DNA from: Eledone cirrhosa
Taxonomy: Eukaryota
Direction: 5' to 3'
Length of the DNA stretch: 64,000 nt
NCBI GenBank assembly: GCA_964016885.1
Contig: OZ024751.1
Location: 6,696,001 to 6,760,000 of the forward strand
Shown piece by piece: positions 25,742-38,200 of this stretch (its first letter is position 1; every line of letters begins with the position of its first letter). The position numbers were made by a program, and so were the translations under genes. The notes under the pieces were generated by a model. It saw nothing but the letters and a program-made list of their open reading frames with translations. It did not search any database and was not told the DNA's origin.

Positions 25742-27459
25742 CACCGTGTAACAGACATTTTTTCTCTATGTTCTTGGCTTGTAATCACTCCTTTGTATTG
25801 CTTAGGTCCCCAAAAAATAAAAAAAAGTGCTATTAAACAGTTAAAAGTTTGGTTTTGTAAACATTCTAAGCTATTCACTAGAATTATTTGTATGCTGGAT
25901 TTTACGTTTTATGTTAGTTAAATTTGCTTATCTTAAATGATTTTTTAATATATGTTTCAGGTTAAATTAAAATTATAAAATAAAGAGTAATACCTAAAGA
26001 AAATTATAAAAGTCCAATAAAGTATAAAATTGTTAAAAAGTGGATTAAGGAAATTTATTGATACTGGATTTTCGCACCCTGAATAAAGAGTAAGTTGTGT
26101 TTTAAGCATTCGTCTCCAGGATGAAGCAGTGGAAATTCGTCAAGGAGGATGTGCAGGTGACAATTCAGAGAAGTCGACACGAACCTTTCTCAGGCTTTTA
26201 CACTCTTAGTGACGGCCTCTGCTTGACGTTATTGGAGTGCCGTTTGTGCCTAAGGAGTGGCGGCTATTTATAGACAGCTCCACCACAAATTTGAAGGCTG
26301 TCCTCCTCCACAATGGAAACAAGTTCCCGACACTGCCCCTAGCTCATTCAGTCTGCCTGAAGGAAGATTACTACAGTGTCAAAGTCCTCTTGAAAGCGCT
26401 GCAATACAACCAGTACAATTGGGAAATCATTGGAGACTTCAAGATGGTGGCTTTCCTGCTTGGACTCCAAGGAGACTTTATCAAATTCCAATGCTTTCTT
26501 TGCCTTTGTGATAGCAGAGCCACTTCTGACCAATTCAAAAGAAAGAACTGGGAGCAGCGAACAGAATTTGTAGTTGGGACCCGGAACGTCATGTGGGAGC
26601 CACTGGTTGATCCTAGGATTGTGCCCATGCCGCCACTGCACGTTAAGTTGTGGTTGATGAAGCAGTTTGTGAAGGCTCTCAACCAAGAATCAGCCGCTTT
26701 TAAGTACCTTCTTGTATTCTTCCCCAAGTTATCTGAGGCCAAAATTAGAAGTGGAATGTTTGTTGGACCTCAGATAAAGAAGGTGTTTGAGTCTACCGAG
26801 TTCTCCAATAAGCTCAATAGGATTGAGATAACAGTATGTAACTGTTTCAAGGCAGTTGTTAAGGGCTTTCTGGGCAACTACAGAGCTGAAAACTACCTGC
26901 AACTGGTTGAGGATCTGATAAAGGCCTTTGGCGCCATGGGATGCAGGATGTCGCTTAAACTCCTTGTGCTGGACGCTCACCTGGACAAATTCAAGGACAA
27001 TATGGGCGCCTACTCATAAGAACAAGGCGAACGAATCCACCAAGACCTGAAAGAGATAGAGCGGAGGAACCAAGGCCACTACAATGAAAAAATGATGGGG
27101 GACTATATCTGGGGGCTAGTGCGAGAAGGCGCCCTGGACTATAACCGCAAATCCAGGAAATCCAGTCATTTCTGACGTGTATAAGTTGCTTTAGAAGTGT
27201 TATTTGTTTTTACTTGTTTGCTTTTGATAAGCTTGTGTAATAAAATAAATGTATACTCTGTTGATTTAATTATATGAACTGATAAATAAAAAAATAATGT
27301 GTTTTTTCTTGAAAAATATGAAAATTTCGAACTATCAAACTCCTGACCACAAACACAAACTTCTGATTAAATAATAGTGTGTTTTTTTTATAATAATGGG
27401 ATATAACAAACAATGAAATGACACTTAGAACAGGGGAACAAAAAATATGTTACAGGGTG
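25742..27459 (+). mobile_element. Chapaev3-like (CMC superfamily) DNA transposon, internally deleted
   Basis: Termini CACCGTGTAACA...TGTTACAGGGTG; TAA duplicated at 25739-25741 and 27460-27462; contains a transposase remnant. Confidence 0.8.
26110..27175 (+). pseudogene. Chapaev3-like DDE transposase, N-terminally deleted, with premature stop
   Basis: WRLFIDSS..LKAVLLHNGN, IGDFKM, CFLC..DSRA, PPLHVKL, GPQIK, MSLK, then AYS*EQGERIHQD...MMGDYIWGL; TAA at 27017-27019 interrupts the frame. Confidence 0.85.
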
Positions 27460-27566
27460 TAATTCCAAACTTCGATCGGGAAGAAACAATTGGCAGCAAA
27501 TAAATGCCCTAAACTAAAATTTGATCGTTTTAACAATTTGTATCGTTTTAACTCTCTGTAAAACAT

Positions 27567-27674
27567 AGGTGACAAAGGCAGAAAGGTTTCCATCAACAGA
27601 TTCAAGTGTTGGGTGAACCCTCTTATTGTGAACACTTGAATCTGTTGATGGAACCCTTTCTGCCTTTGTCACCT
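27567..27674. repeat. Hairpin with 44-bp arms (1 mismatch) and 20-nt loop
   Basis: AGGTGACAAAGGCAGAAAGGTTTCCATCAACAGATTCAAGTGTT and its reverse complement at 27631-27674. Confidence 0.9.
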
Positions 27675-27995
27675 TTATTTCAGCCTTAAATAATTAGCTC
27701 CTAAAGAATTTCCCTTTTCTTTAAACCTTTGAACCCCACCCATCCCGTAGACACCTGTCTTACATACATTGTTAGTCTAAGTGATAAACAAGGATTGGTA
27801 TTCAAATTTTGAACTTGCTTACTGTATTCTTTCTGCTTTTGTTAATTTTATAGATTTAAAGAATTAGCTTTTAATGAACTCCATTTTCTTTAATTCCTTC
27901 AACGAATGACCTACACGCATCGCAATCACCACCCTATCCTACCACCAGCAAAGATAAGCAAAGATACAAAAACTACCATTTTAATTGGACAACTT

Positions 27996-28045
27996 GCTTC
28001 CTGATGATCTCTCCCAAATGAAACAGTTCTAGTCCTGTGAGAAGC
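27996..28045 (+). ncRNA. Degenerate hammerhead-like motif just before (TA)n
   Basis: GCTTC-CTGATGA-(unpaired stem II)-GAAACAG...CTGT-GA-GAAGC; cleavage triplet is non-canonical. Confidence 0.45.
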
Positions 28046-28085
<40 letters not shown>

Positions 28086-28732
28086 CCACTGTAAGTTGTG
28101 GGGTCTATTCTGTATGAAGAACTCAATGTAATCCATATGTTGAAGATGTTGTAAGTTAAGATAAATCTCAGAAAACAATAAAACATTAAAAAGAAAACAG
28201 AGTCATGATATAAGTTAAAACAATGCAATAAAATAAAAATAAAATAAAATAATTAATTATTGCTTTTGAAGACAGCTGGTGATATGCATGTAAGTAAATA
28301 TTCTGATAGTTTATGAACTTACACAAATCAATAACTGCGTATAGATACAGTGTATTATCACCATCTAGAAACGACCGTAAAGCAGTGAAGAATATCTTTA
28401 ATGACTTGATTTCTCATTTCATTGGTATAACATATATATACATATATATATATATGCATGTATTTATATACATAAATATATATATACATTTACATATATA
28501 TATATATATATATATATTTCGTTTCTGAATTTGTTTAGCAAGATTCTTTATCTGAAATCGTGTGTTGAAACCGATATTGTTATACTTTGGGAGGGTCATG
28601 TTGCCAATAAGAAACACACGCACCAGTTGCTTTCACTTCAATTTATTATATATTTATAAATTTACAAATTTATAAATTTATAAATTTCTGGTTGGTTTGG
28701 TTGGTTCCACAACCAGATAGTTGTTTATATAT

Positions 28733-28777
28733 AGTCATAGTCCTTTCGTCACACACTCTGTGACCTCTTCAGTGACT
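28733..28777 (-). ncRNA. Type I hammerhead in the left (inverted) pLTR
   Basis: Stem I AGTCA/TGACT; CTGAAGA; stem II GTCACA/TGTGAC; GAAAG-GA-CTA. Confidence 0.75.
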
Positions 28778-28989
28778 GGGGATTCCTTTCTTTGTTTCTG
28801 TGCCTCTCATTTGTTCTGTCCTACGCCATTTTGTTTCTGTGTGTGTGTTGTGTGCTCAGTTTGCGCATGCGCCACATCCGGGTGTCTGTGTGTGTTTATG
28901 TTCATTTATCTATTTGTTTATTTATTTACATATTTACATGTTATTGGTTGGTTGTTTGTTCTATGTGTGTGTGTGTTTTCATTTTGTCC

Positions 28990-29463
28990 TTAATTGTAAG
29001 TTGTGATATTGCTGTTCCACTCATATTTTCTATTTAATTTTGGTTGTAATTCTTTTATGTTTATTGCCTCTGTAATTTGTCTAAACATTGCATCTTTTCT
29101 GTGTGTAGATTCTATTTTTATTTCTATGTTCTCTAATTTACCCTTGTGTTCTATCTTAGCATGTTGGTAGAGTACAGATGATTCTTTATTATCTTGAAGG
29201 TCTCGCCAGTGTTCATTTATCCGTTCCTCTATACTACGAGCTGTCTCACCTATGTACACTATATGTTTGTTTCTACATTGTCCTTCAGTACATCTTATGC
29301 TATACACTACATTTCTAGTTTTACAGTTAATATGGGGGCTTATTTTACAGGTTATACATTTCTTATCTATACATGAGGGTCTTTGAAAAGGGTATGTCTT
29401 GCTAATAAGTGTTTTTACGGAGGTACCTGGTCTTTCTACTATCTTAATATTGAGTTTATGTTT
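28990..29463 (-). pseudogene. Inverted copy of PLE linker and uninterrupted GIY-YIG endonuclease
   Basis: SCIDKKCITCK...NCKTRNVVYSIRC...YIGETARSIEERINEH...RQITEA...LNRKYEW. Confidence 0.85.
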
Positions 29464-31746
29464 TGCCGTCGCAGGTCGATGAACAAACAGAAGCACAATT
29501 TAGTATAGCTAGATCCGAACTTAGAAATATTATAGAACAGTATAGCAAGAAGCATAATAGAATGGAGGCCCAGCAACTGGGAGAAACATCTGCAAATGGC
29601 TTGCGTAAGCTCATGCAGCGCTCACGTAATGGAGAGATAGCATGCTTTCCAACAGACAAGTCTGGCAGAATGTCGGTTGACAGCCTGCCAAACTACATCC
29701 AGGCAATGCAACCCCACATCACTAACACAAGAGAGGTAACACCACAGGAGCATGAGGATAGAGAAAAAGCCCTCAATGCTCATATGGTGATGTGGACGAA
29801 TATAATGCAGCCCAACAAAAGGACTGCCAACAACTTCCAGGCCTGGAACAATGACGTGCCGGCGTTGTATGGGCTTCCAAAAGACCATAAAACAGGCTGT
29901 GTCCCTGTCGCGGGACCAGCAACACGGCCAGTCTGTGGAGCTAACATTGCTAGTAACTACAGACTGTTCTACTTCCTCTCCCTGATCATACGCCCCATCA
30001 TTGAAATGTCCCCAGATGTATGTGACAGCACGGAGGGCCTCCTCAGCAGAATCGGCGTGAGTAACCGATCTGAGGACCTAACAAACTGCATAATAGGCAG
30101 TATGGATGTTGTGTCCCTGTATCCATCTATTGACGTGGATTTTGCTGTGGAGAAATGCGTAGAAATGATCAGTGAGAGCAAGGTTGATATCCGTGGGATT
30201 GATACCAGTGAGCTGGGACTTCTACTTAAGCTTACATATAGTAATAGTTACCTAGACACATATGACCTTAGCAACCTGTGCCCTACAAGACCAGCAAGAG
30301 GCAGACCACCTACCATTACCTCAATGGCCAAGAAAACCCACACAGATAGATGGAACGGGTGGACCAGAGCCATAGGGACACCCGAAAACCACGATGAACT
30401 GAAGAAAATGATTGCACATGCGGTAGGGGCCAGCATAAAACTAACCATTAAGGAACATATGTTCAAATTTAATGGAAAAACATATGCCCAAGAGGAAGGA
30501 GGAGCCATTGGTGTTAGCATTGCAGGCGACATAGCTAACTTATTCATGGTATGGTGGGACAGTAGACTTAAACTTAAACTTAAAGAACAATTAGAAGACA
30601 GCTTAACCCTGATAATGTACTCCCGCTACGTAGATGATATAAACATCGTAGTTAAGACACCCCCACTAGAGAACAGTCAGGAACTAGAGAAAAACACAAT
30701 GGAAAGCATCCAGCAAATAGCAAACTCCATCCACCAGAGCATTAGTGTTACTATAGACTACCCAAGTAGACACCCCAACCATCGATTACCTGTACTAGAT
30801 ACAGAGCTCTGGTTAGATACCATTAACAACCAAAAACAAATCCTCCATTCCCATTATGCCAAACCCATGACTTCCAAACATCTGATCCACCGAAACTCGG
30901 CCATTTCGGACCATACCAAACTAAACATACTGATTGCGGATTTGGTACGGGTGATGAGAAATGTGTCCCGCATGTGCAACCCCGAAGAACTAGAGAGACA
31001 CATACAACACTTCATCCACCGTATGCAGTTCTCTGGCTACAATCAGAGAGATAGAATCAGAGTGTATAGAGGAGCCAGAACCAAATGGGAAAAAATGGTA
31101 AATAATGACTTAAATGGGACCTGCCCCTTGTATAGGAGCAAATTTTGGAATAGAATAGAAAGAACTAGGAACAAGGCTAATAGAATAAACTCATGGTATG
31201 ATAGCAATAAATACCAGAGTGTAATGTTCATGGATACAACCCCTAGAGGCGAACTAGCCTACAAATTTAGAAGGGCCCTAAATAAACATAAACACAATAT
31301 TAAGATAGTAGAAAGACCAGGTACCTCCGTAAAAACACTTATTAGCAAGACATACCCTTTGCAAAGACCCTCATGTATAGATAAGAAATGTATAACCCGT
31401 AAAATAAGCCCACATATTAACTGTAAAACGAGAAATGTAGTGTATAGCATAAGATGTACTGAAGGACTATGTAGAAACAAAAATATAGTGTACATAGGTG
31501 AGACAGCTCGAACGGATAAATAAACACTGGCGAGACCTTCAAGATAATAAAGAATCATCTGTACTCTACCAACATGCTAAGATAGAACACGAGGGTAAAT
31601 TAGAGGACATAGAAATAAATATAGAATCAACACACAGAAAAGATGCAATGTTTAGACAAATTACAGACGCAATAAACATAAAAGAATTACAACCAAAATT
31701 AAATAGAAAATATGAGTGGAACAGCAACATCACAACTTACAATTAA
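29463..31746 (+). CDS. PLE reverse transcriptase-GIY-YIG polyprotein, 5'-truncated, frameshifted near 31512
   Basis: 686-aa ORF with TDKSG, LYGLPKDHK, RPV, GSMDVVSLYPSID, QEEGGAIG, RYVDD, LPVLD, HYAKPM, VVY...YIGET; an 11-nt deletion relative to the inverted copy shifts the frame. Confidence 0.9.
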
Positions 31747-31958
31747 GGACAAAATGAAAACACACACACACATAGAACAAACAACCAACCAATAACATGT
31801 AAATATGTAAATAAATATACAAATAGATAAATGAACATAAACATACACAGACACCCGGATGTGGCGCATGCGCAAACTGAGCACGCAACACACACACAGA
31901 AACAAAATGGCGTAGGACAGAACAAAGGAGAGGCACAGAGACAAAGAAAGGAATTTCC

Positions 31959-32003
31959 AGTCACTGAAGAGGGAACAGAGTGTGTGACGAAAGGACTATG
32001 ACT
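31959..32003 (+). ncRNA. Hammerhead in the right pLTR, stem II weakened
   Basis: AGTCA-CTGAAGA-G-GGAACAGAGTGTGTGAC-GAAAGGACTA-TGACT; GTCAC is changed to GGAAC relative to the left copy. Confidence 0.65.
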
Positions 32004-32159
32004 ATATATAAACAAATATCTGGTTGTGGAACCAACCAACCAACCAGAGATTTATAAATTTATAAATTTGTAAATTTATAAATATATAATAAATTGAAGT
32101 GAAAGCAACTGGTGCGTGTGTTTCTTATTGGCAACATGACCCTCCCAAAGTATAACAAT

Positions 32160-32193
<34 letters not shown>

Positions 32194-32195
32194 AC

Positions 32196-32229
<34 letters not shown>

Positions 32230-32242
32230 GTATATATATGTG

Positions 32243-35200
32243 TTGTATAGTGTGGTGTGATGTGGTGTGTGGTCTGGTGTGGTACAGTGTGGTGTGTTGT
32301 GGTGTGTGGGCTGGTGTGGTATAGTATGGTGTGGTGTGTGGTCTGGTGTGGAATACTGTTGTGTGATGTTGTGTGTGGTCTGGTGTGGTACAGTGTGGTG
32401 TGATGTGGTGTGTGGTCTGGTGTGGTATAGTATGGTGTGATGTAGTGTCTGGTCTGGTGTGGTATAGTATGGTGTGATGCGGGGTGTGGTCTGGTGTGGT
32501 ACAGTATGGTTTGATGTAGTGTGTGGTCTGGTGTGGTACAGTATGGTGTGATCTGGTGTGTGGTCTGGTGTGGTAGAGTATGGTGTGATGTGGTGTGTGG
32601 TCTGGTGTGGTAGAGTGTGATGTGATGTGGTGTGGGGTCTGGTGTGGTACAGTATGGTGTCATGTAGTGTGTGGGCTGGTGTGGTACAGTATGGTGTGAT
32701 GCGGTGTGTGGTCTGGTGTGGTACAGTATGGTGTGAAGTGATGTATGGTCTGGTGTGGTACAGTGTGGTGTGATGTGGTGTGTGGTCTGGTGTGGTATAG
32801 GGTGGTGTGATGTGGTGTGTGGTCTGGTGTGGAACAGTATAGTGTGATGTGGTGTGTGGTCTGGTGTGGTACAGTGTGGTGTGATAGGGTGTGTGGTCTG
32901 GTGTGGTACAGTATGATCTGATGTGGTGTGTGGTCTGGTGTGGTATAGTAAGGTGTGATGTAGTGAGTGGTCTGGTGTGGTATAGTAAGGTGTGATGTGG
33001 TGTGTGGTGTGGTGTGGTACAGTGTGGTGTGATGTGGTGTGATGTGGTGTGTGGTCTGGTGTGATACAGTATGGTGTGATGTGGTGTGTGGTCTGGTGTG
33101 GTACAGTAAGATGTGATGTGGTGTGTGGTCTGGTGTGGTACAGTATGGTGTGATGTAGTGTGTGGTCTGGTGTGGTACAGTAAGATGTGATGTGGTGTGT
33201 GGTCTGGTGTGGTACAGTATGATGTGCTGTGGTGTGTGGTCTGGTGTGGTACAGTATGGTGTGATGTAGTGTGTGGTCTGGTGTGGTACAGTATGATGTG
33301 ATGTGGTGTGTGGTCTGGTGTGGTACAGTATGGTGTGATGTGGTGTCTGGTCTGGTGTGGTATAATATGGTGTGATGTGGTGTGTGGTCTGGGGTGGTAC
33401 AGTGTGGTGTGATGGAGTGTGAGGTCTGGGGTGGTACAGTGTGGTGTGATGTGGTGTCTGGTCTGGTGTGGTATCATATGGTGTGATGTGGTGTGTGGTC
33501 TGGGGTGGTACAGTGTGGTGTGATGTGGTGTGTGGTCTGGGGTGGTACAGTGTGGTGCGATGGGGTGTGTGGGCTGGTGTGGTATAGTATGGTGTGATGT
33601 TTTGTGAGGTCTGGTGTGGTACAGTATGTAGTGCAGTGGTGTGTGGTCTGGTGTGGTACAGTATGGTGTGATGTGGTGTGTGGTCTGGTGTGGTACAGTG
33701 TGGTGTGATAGGGTGTGTGGTCTGGTGTGGTATAGTATGGTGTGATGTTTTGTGAGGTCTGGTGTGGTACAGTATGTTGTGCAGTGGTGTGTGGTCTGGT
33801 GTGGTTCAGTATGGTGTGATGTAGTGTGTGGTCTGGTGTGGTACAGTGGGGTGTGATGTGGTGTGTGATCTGGTGTGGTACTGTATGGTGTGATGTAGTG
33901 TGTGGTCTGATGTGATATAGTATGGTGAGATGTGGTGTGCGGTCTAGTGTGGTACAGTATGGTGTGATGTGGTGTGGTACAGTGTGGTGTGTGGTCTGGT
34001 GTGGTATAGTATGGTGTGATGTGGTGTGTTGTATTATGGGTTACATAATGGTGTGATGTGGTGTGTGGTCTGGTGTGGTATAGTATGCTGTGATGTGGTG
34101 TGTGGTCTGGTGTGGTACAGTATGGGGTGATGTGGTGTTTGGTCTGGTGTGGGAGAGTATGGTGTGATGTGGTGCGTGATCTGGTGTGGTATAGCATGGT
34201 GTAATGTGGTGTGTGGTCTGGTGTGGTACAGTATGGTGTGATGTGGTGTGTGGTCTGGTGTGGTATAATAAGGTGTGATGTTGTGTGTGCTCTGGAGTGG
34301 TACAGTGTGGTGTGATGGGGTGTGTGGTTTGGTGTGGTATATTGTGGTGTGATGTGGTGAGTGGTCTGGTGTGGTACAGTCTGGTGTGATGGGGTGTGTG
34401 GTCTGGTGTGGTACAGTATGTTGTGCAGTGGTGAGTGGTCTGGTGTGGTACAGTGTGGTGTGATGTAGTGTGTGGTCTGGTGTGGTACAGTATGTTGTGA
34501 TGCGGTGTGTAGTCTGTTGTGGTACAGTGTGGTGTGATGTTGTGTGGTACAGTATGGTGTGATGCGGTGTGTGGTCTGTTGTGGTACAGTGTGGTGTTAT
34601 GTGGTGTGGTACAGTATGGTGTGATGCGGTGTGTGGTCTGTTGTGGTACAGTGTGGTGTGATGTGGTGTGTGGTCTGGGGTGATATAGTATGGTGTGATG
34701 TGGTGTGTGGAATGGTTGGGTACATTATGGTGCGATGTGGTGTGTGGTCTTGTGTGGTACAGTATAGTGTGATGTGGTGTGTGGGCCGGTGTGGTATAGT
34801 GTGGTTTGATGTTGTGTGTGGGCTGGTGTGGTATAGTATGGTGTGAAGTATTGTGTGGTTTGGTGTGGTACAGTTTTGTGTGATGTAGTGTTTGTCTGGT
34901 GTGGTACAGTATGGTGTGATGTAGTGTGTGGTCTGGTGTGGTACAGTATCGTATGATGCGGTGTGTGGTCTGGTGTTGTACTTTATGGTGTGATGTGGTG
35001 TGTGCTTTGGTGTGGTACAGTGTGGTGTGAATGTGTGTGTGGTCTGGTGTGGTACAGTATGGTGTGATGTGGTGTGTTGTCTGGTGTAGTGTGGTGTGTG
35101 GTCTGGTGTGGTACAGTATGGTGTGATGTAGTGTGTGGTCTGATGTGGTATAGTATGGTGTGATGTGGTGTGCGGTCTAGTGTGGTACAGTGTGGTGTGA

Positions 35201-38200
35201 TGTGGTGTGTGGTCTGGTGTGGTACAGTATGGTGTGATGTAGTGTATGGTCTGGTGTGGTACAGTGTGGTGTGATGTGGTGTGTGGTCTGCTGTGGTATA
35301 GTATGGTGTGATGTGGTGTGTTGTATTATGGGGTACATTATGGTGTGATGTGGTGTGTGGTCTGGTGTAGTGTGGTGTGTGGTCTGGTGTGGTACAGTAT
35401 GGTGTGATGTGGTGTGTGGTCTGGTGTGGTACAGTATGGTGTGATGCGGTGTGTGGTCTGGTGTGGTACAGTGTGGTGTGATGTGGTGTGTGGTCTGCTG
35501 TGGTATAGTATGGTGTGATGTGGTGTGTTGTATTATGGGGTACATTATGGTGTGATGTGGTGTGTGGTCTGGTGTGGTATAGTGTGGTGTGATGTGGTGT
35601 GTGGGCTGGTGTGGTATAATGTGGTGTGCTGTTGTGTGTGGGCTGGTGTGGTATAGTGTGGTGTGATGTATTGTGTTGTTTGGTGTGGTACAGTTTTGTG
35701 TGATGTGGTGTGTGGTCTGGTGAGGTACAGTATGGTGTGATGTAGTGTGTGGTCTGGTGTGGTACAGTATGTTATGATGCGGTGTGTGGTCTGATGTTGT
35801 ACTGTATGGTGTCATGTGGTGTGTGGTCTGGTGTGGTATAGTATGGTGTGATATGGTGTGTAGTGTGGTGTGGTACAGAATGGTGTGATGTTGTGTGTGG
35901 TCTGGTGTGGTACAGTATGGTGTGATGTGGTATGTGGTCTGGTGTGGTATAGCATGGTGTAATATGGTGTGTGGTCTGGTGTGGTAGATTGTGGCGTGAT
36001 GTGGATTGTGTTCTGGGGTGGTATAGTATGGTGTGATGTGGTGTGTGGTCTGGTATGGTACAGTATGGGGTGATGTGGTGTTTGGTCTGGTGTGGGAGAG
36101 TATGGTGTGATGTGGCGTGTGATCTGGTGTGGTATAGCATGGTGTAATGTGGTGTGTGGTCTGGTGTGGTACAGTATGGTGTGATGTGGTGTGTGGTCTG
36201 GTGTGGTATAATATGGTGTGATGTGGTGTGTGCTCTGGAGTGGTACAGTGTGGTGTGATGGGGTGTGTGGTTTGGTGTGGTATATTGTGGTGTGATGTGG
36301 TGAGTGGTCTGATGTGGTACAGTGTGGTGTGATGGGGTGTGTGGTTTGGTGTGGTACAGTATGTTGTGCAGTGGTGTGTGGTCTGGTGTGGTATAGTACG
36401 GTGTAATATGGTGTGTGGTCTGGTGTGGTACAGTATGTCGTGATGCGGTGTGTAGTCTGCTGTGGTACAGTGTGGTGTGATGTTGTGTGTGGTCTGATGT
36501 GGTATAGTATGGTTTGATGTGGTGTGCGCCCTAGTGTGGTACAGTGTGGTGGTGTGTGGTGTGGTGTGGTACAGTATGGTGTGATGTTGTTTGTGGTCTG
36601 GTGAGGTACAGTATGGTGTGATGTGGTGTGTGGTCTGGTGTGGTACAGAATGGTGTGATGCGGTGTGTGGTCTGTTGTGGTACAGTGTGGTGTGATGTGG
36701 TGTGTGGTCTGGGGTGGTATAGTATGGTGTGATGTGGTGTGTGGTATGGTTGGGTACATTATGGTGTGATCTGGTGTGTGGTCTTGTGTGGTACAGTATA
36801 GCGTGATGTGGTGTGTGGGCCGGTGTGGTATAGTGTGGTGTGATGTTATGTCTGGTCTGGTGTGGTACAGTATGGTGTGATGTAGTGTGTGGTCTGGTGT
36901 TGTACTTTATGGTGTGAGGTGGTGTGTGGTCTGGTGTGGTACAGTGTGGTGTGAATGTGTGTGTGGTCTAGTGTGGTAGACTATGGTGTGATGTGGTCTG
37001 TGGTCTGGTGTGGTAGAGTATGGTGTGATGTGGTGTGTGGTCTGGTATGGTATAGTATGGTGTGATGTGGTGTGTGGTCTGGTGCGGTACCGTGTGTGGT
37101 GATGTGGTGTGTGGTCTTGTGTGGTAGAGTATGGTGTGATGTGGTGTGTGGGACGGTGTGGTATAGTGTGGTGTGACGTTGTGTGTGGGCTGGTGTGGTA
37201 TAGTATGGTGTGATGTATTGTGTGGTTTGGTGTGGTACAGTTTTGTGTGATGTAGTGTGTGGTCTGGTGTGGTACAGTATGGTGTGATGTAGTGTGTGGT
37301 CTGGTGTGGTACAGTATCGTATGATGCGGTGTGTGGTCTGGTGTTGTACTTTATGGTGTGATGTGGTGTGATGTCTGGTGTGGTACAGTGTGGTGTGAAT
37401 GTGTGTGTGGTCTGGTGTGGTACAGTTTGGTGTGATGTGGTGTGTGGTCTGGTGTGGCACAGTATGGTGTGATGTGGTGTGTGGTCTGGTGTGGTATATT
37501 ATGGTGTGATGTGGTGTGTGGTCTGGTGTGGTACAGTGTAGTGTGATGTTGCATGTGGTCTCGTGTGGTACAGAATGGTATTACGTGGTAAGTGTCATGT
37601 GTGGTGCAGTGTGGTGTGATGTAGTGTGTGGTCTGGTGTGGTACAGTATGGTGTGATGAGGTGTGTGGTCTGGTGTGGTAGAGTATGGTGTGATGTGGTG
37701 TGTGGTCTGGTGTTGTATATTATGGTGTGATGTGGTGTGTGGTCTGGTGTGGTACAGTATGGTGTGATGTGGTGTGTGGTCTGGTGTGGTACAGTGTGGT
37801 GTGATGTGGTGTGGTCTGGTGTGGTACAGTATGGTGTGATGTAGTGTGTGGTCTGGTGTGGTACAGTATGGTGTGATGTGGTGTGTTGTCTGGTGTAGTG
37901 TGGTGTGTGGTCTGGTGTGGTACAGTATGGTGTGATGTAGTGTGTTGTCTGATGTGGTATAGTATGGTGTGATCTGGTGTGCTGTCTAGTGTGGTACAGT
38001 GTGGTGTGATGTGGTGTGTGGTCTGGTGTGGTACAGTATGGTGTGATGTAGTGTATGGTCTGGTGTGGTACAGTATGGTGTGATGTGGTGTTTGGTCTGG
38101 TGTGGTACAGTATGGTGTGATGCGGTGTGTGGTCTGGTGTGGTACTGTGTGGTGTGATGTGGTGTGTGGTCTGCTGTGGTATAGTGTGGTGTGATGTGGT

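Larger units (their letters stand above)
28515..32161 (+). mobile_element. Young 5'-truncated PLE, probably Naiad clade, with ~0.89-kb inverted duplication of its 3' end
   Basis: RT and GIY-YIG on the plus strand; 28574-29463 is the reverse complement of 31284-32161; both ends sit in (TA)n. Confidence 0.9.

Noticed and set aside
29463-31746. Telomerase or selenoprotein gene
   Set aside because: The C-terminal GIY-YIG and pLTR/HHR identify a PLE, and no in-frame TGA or evident SECIS is present in the visible part.
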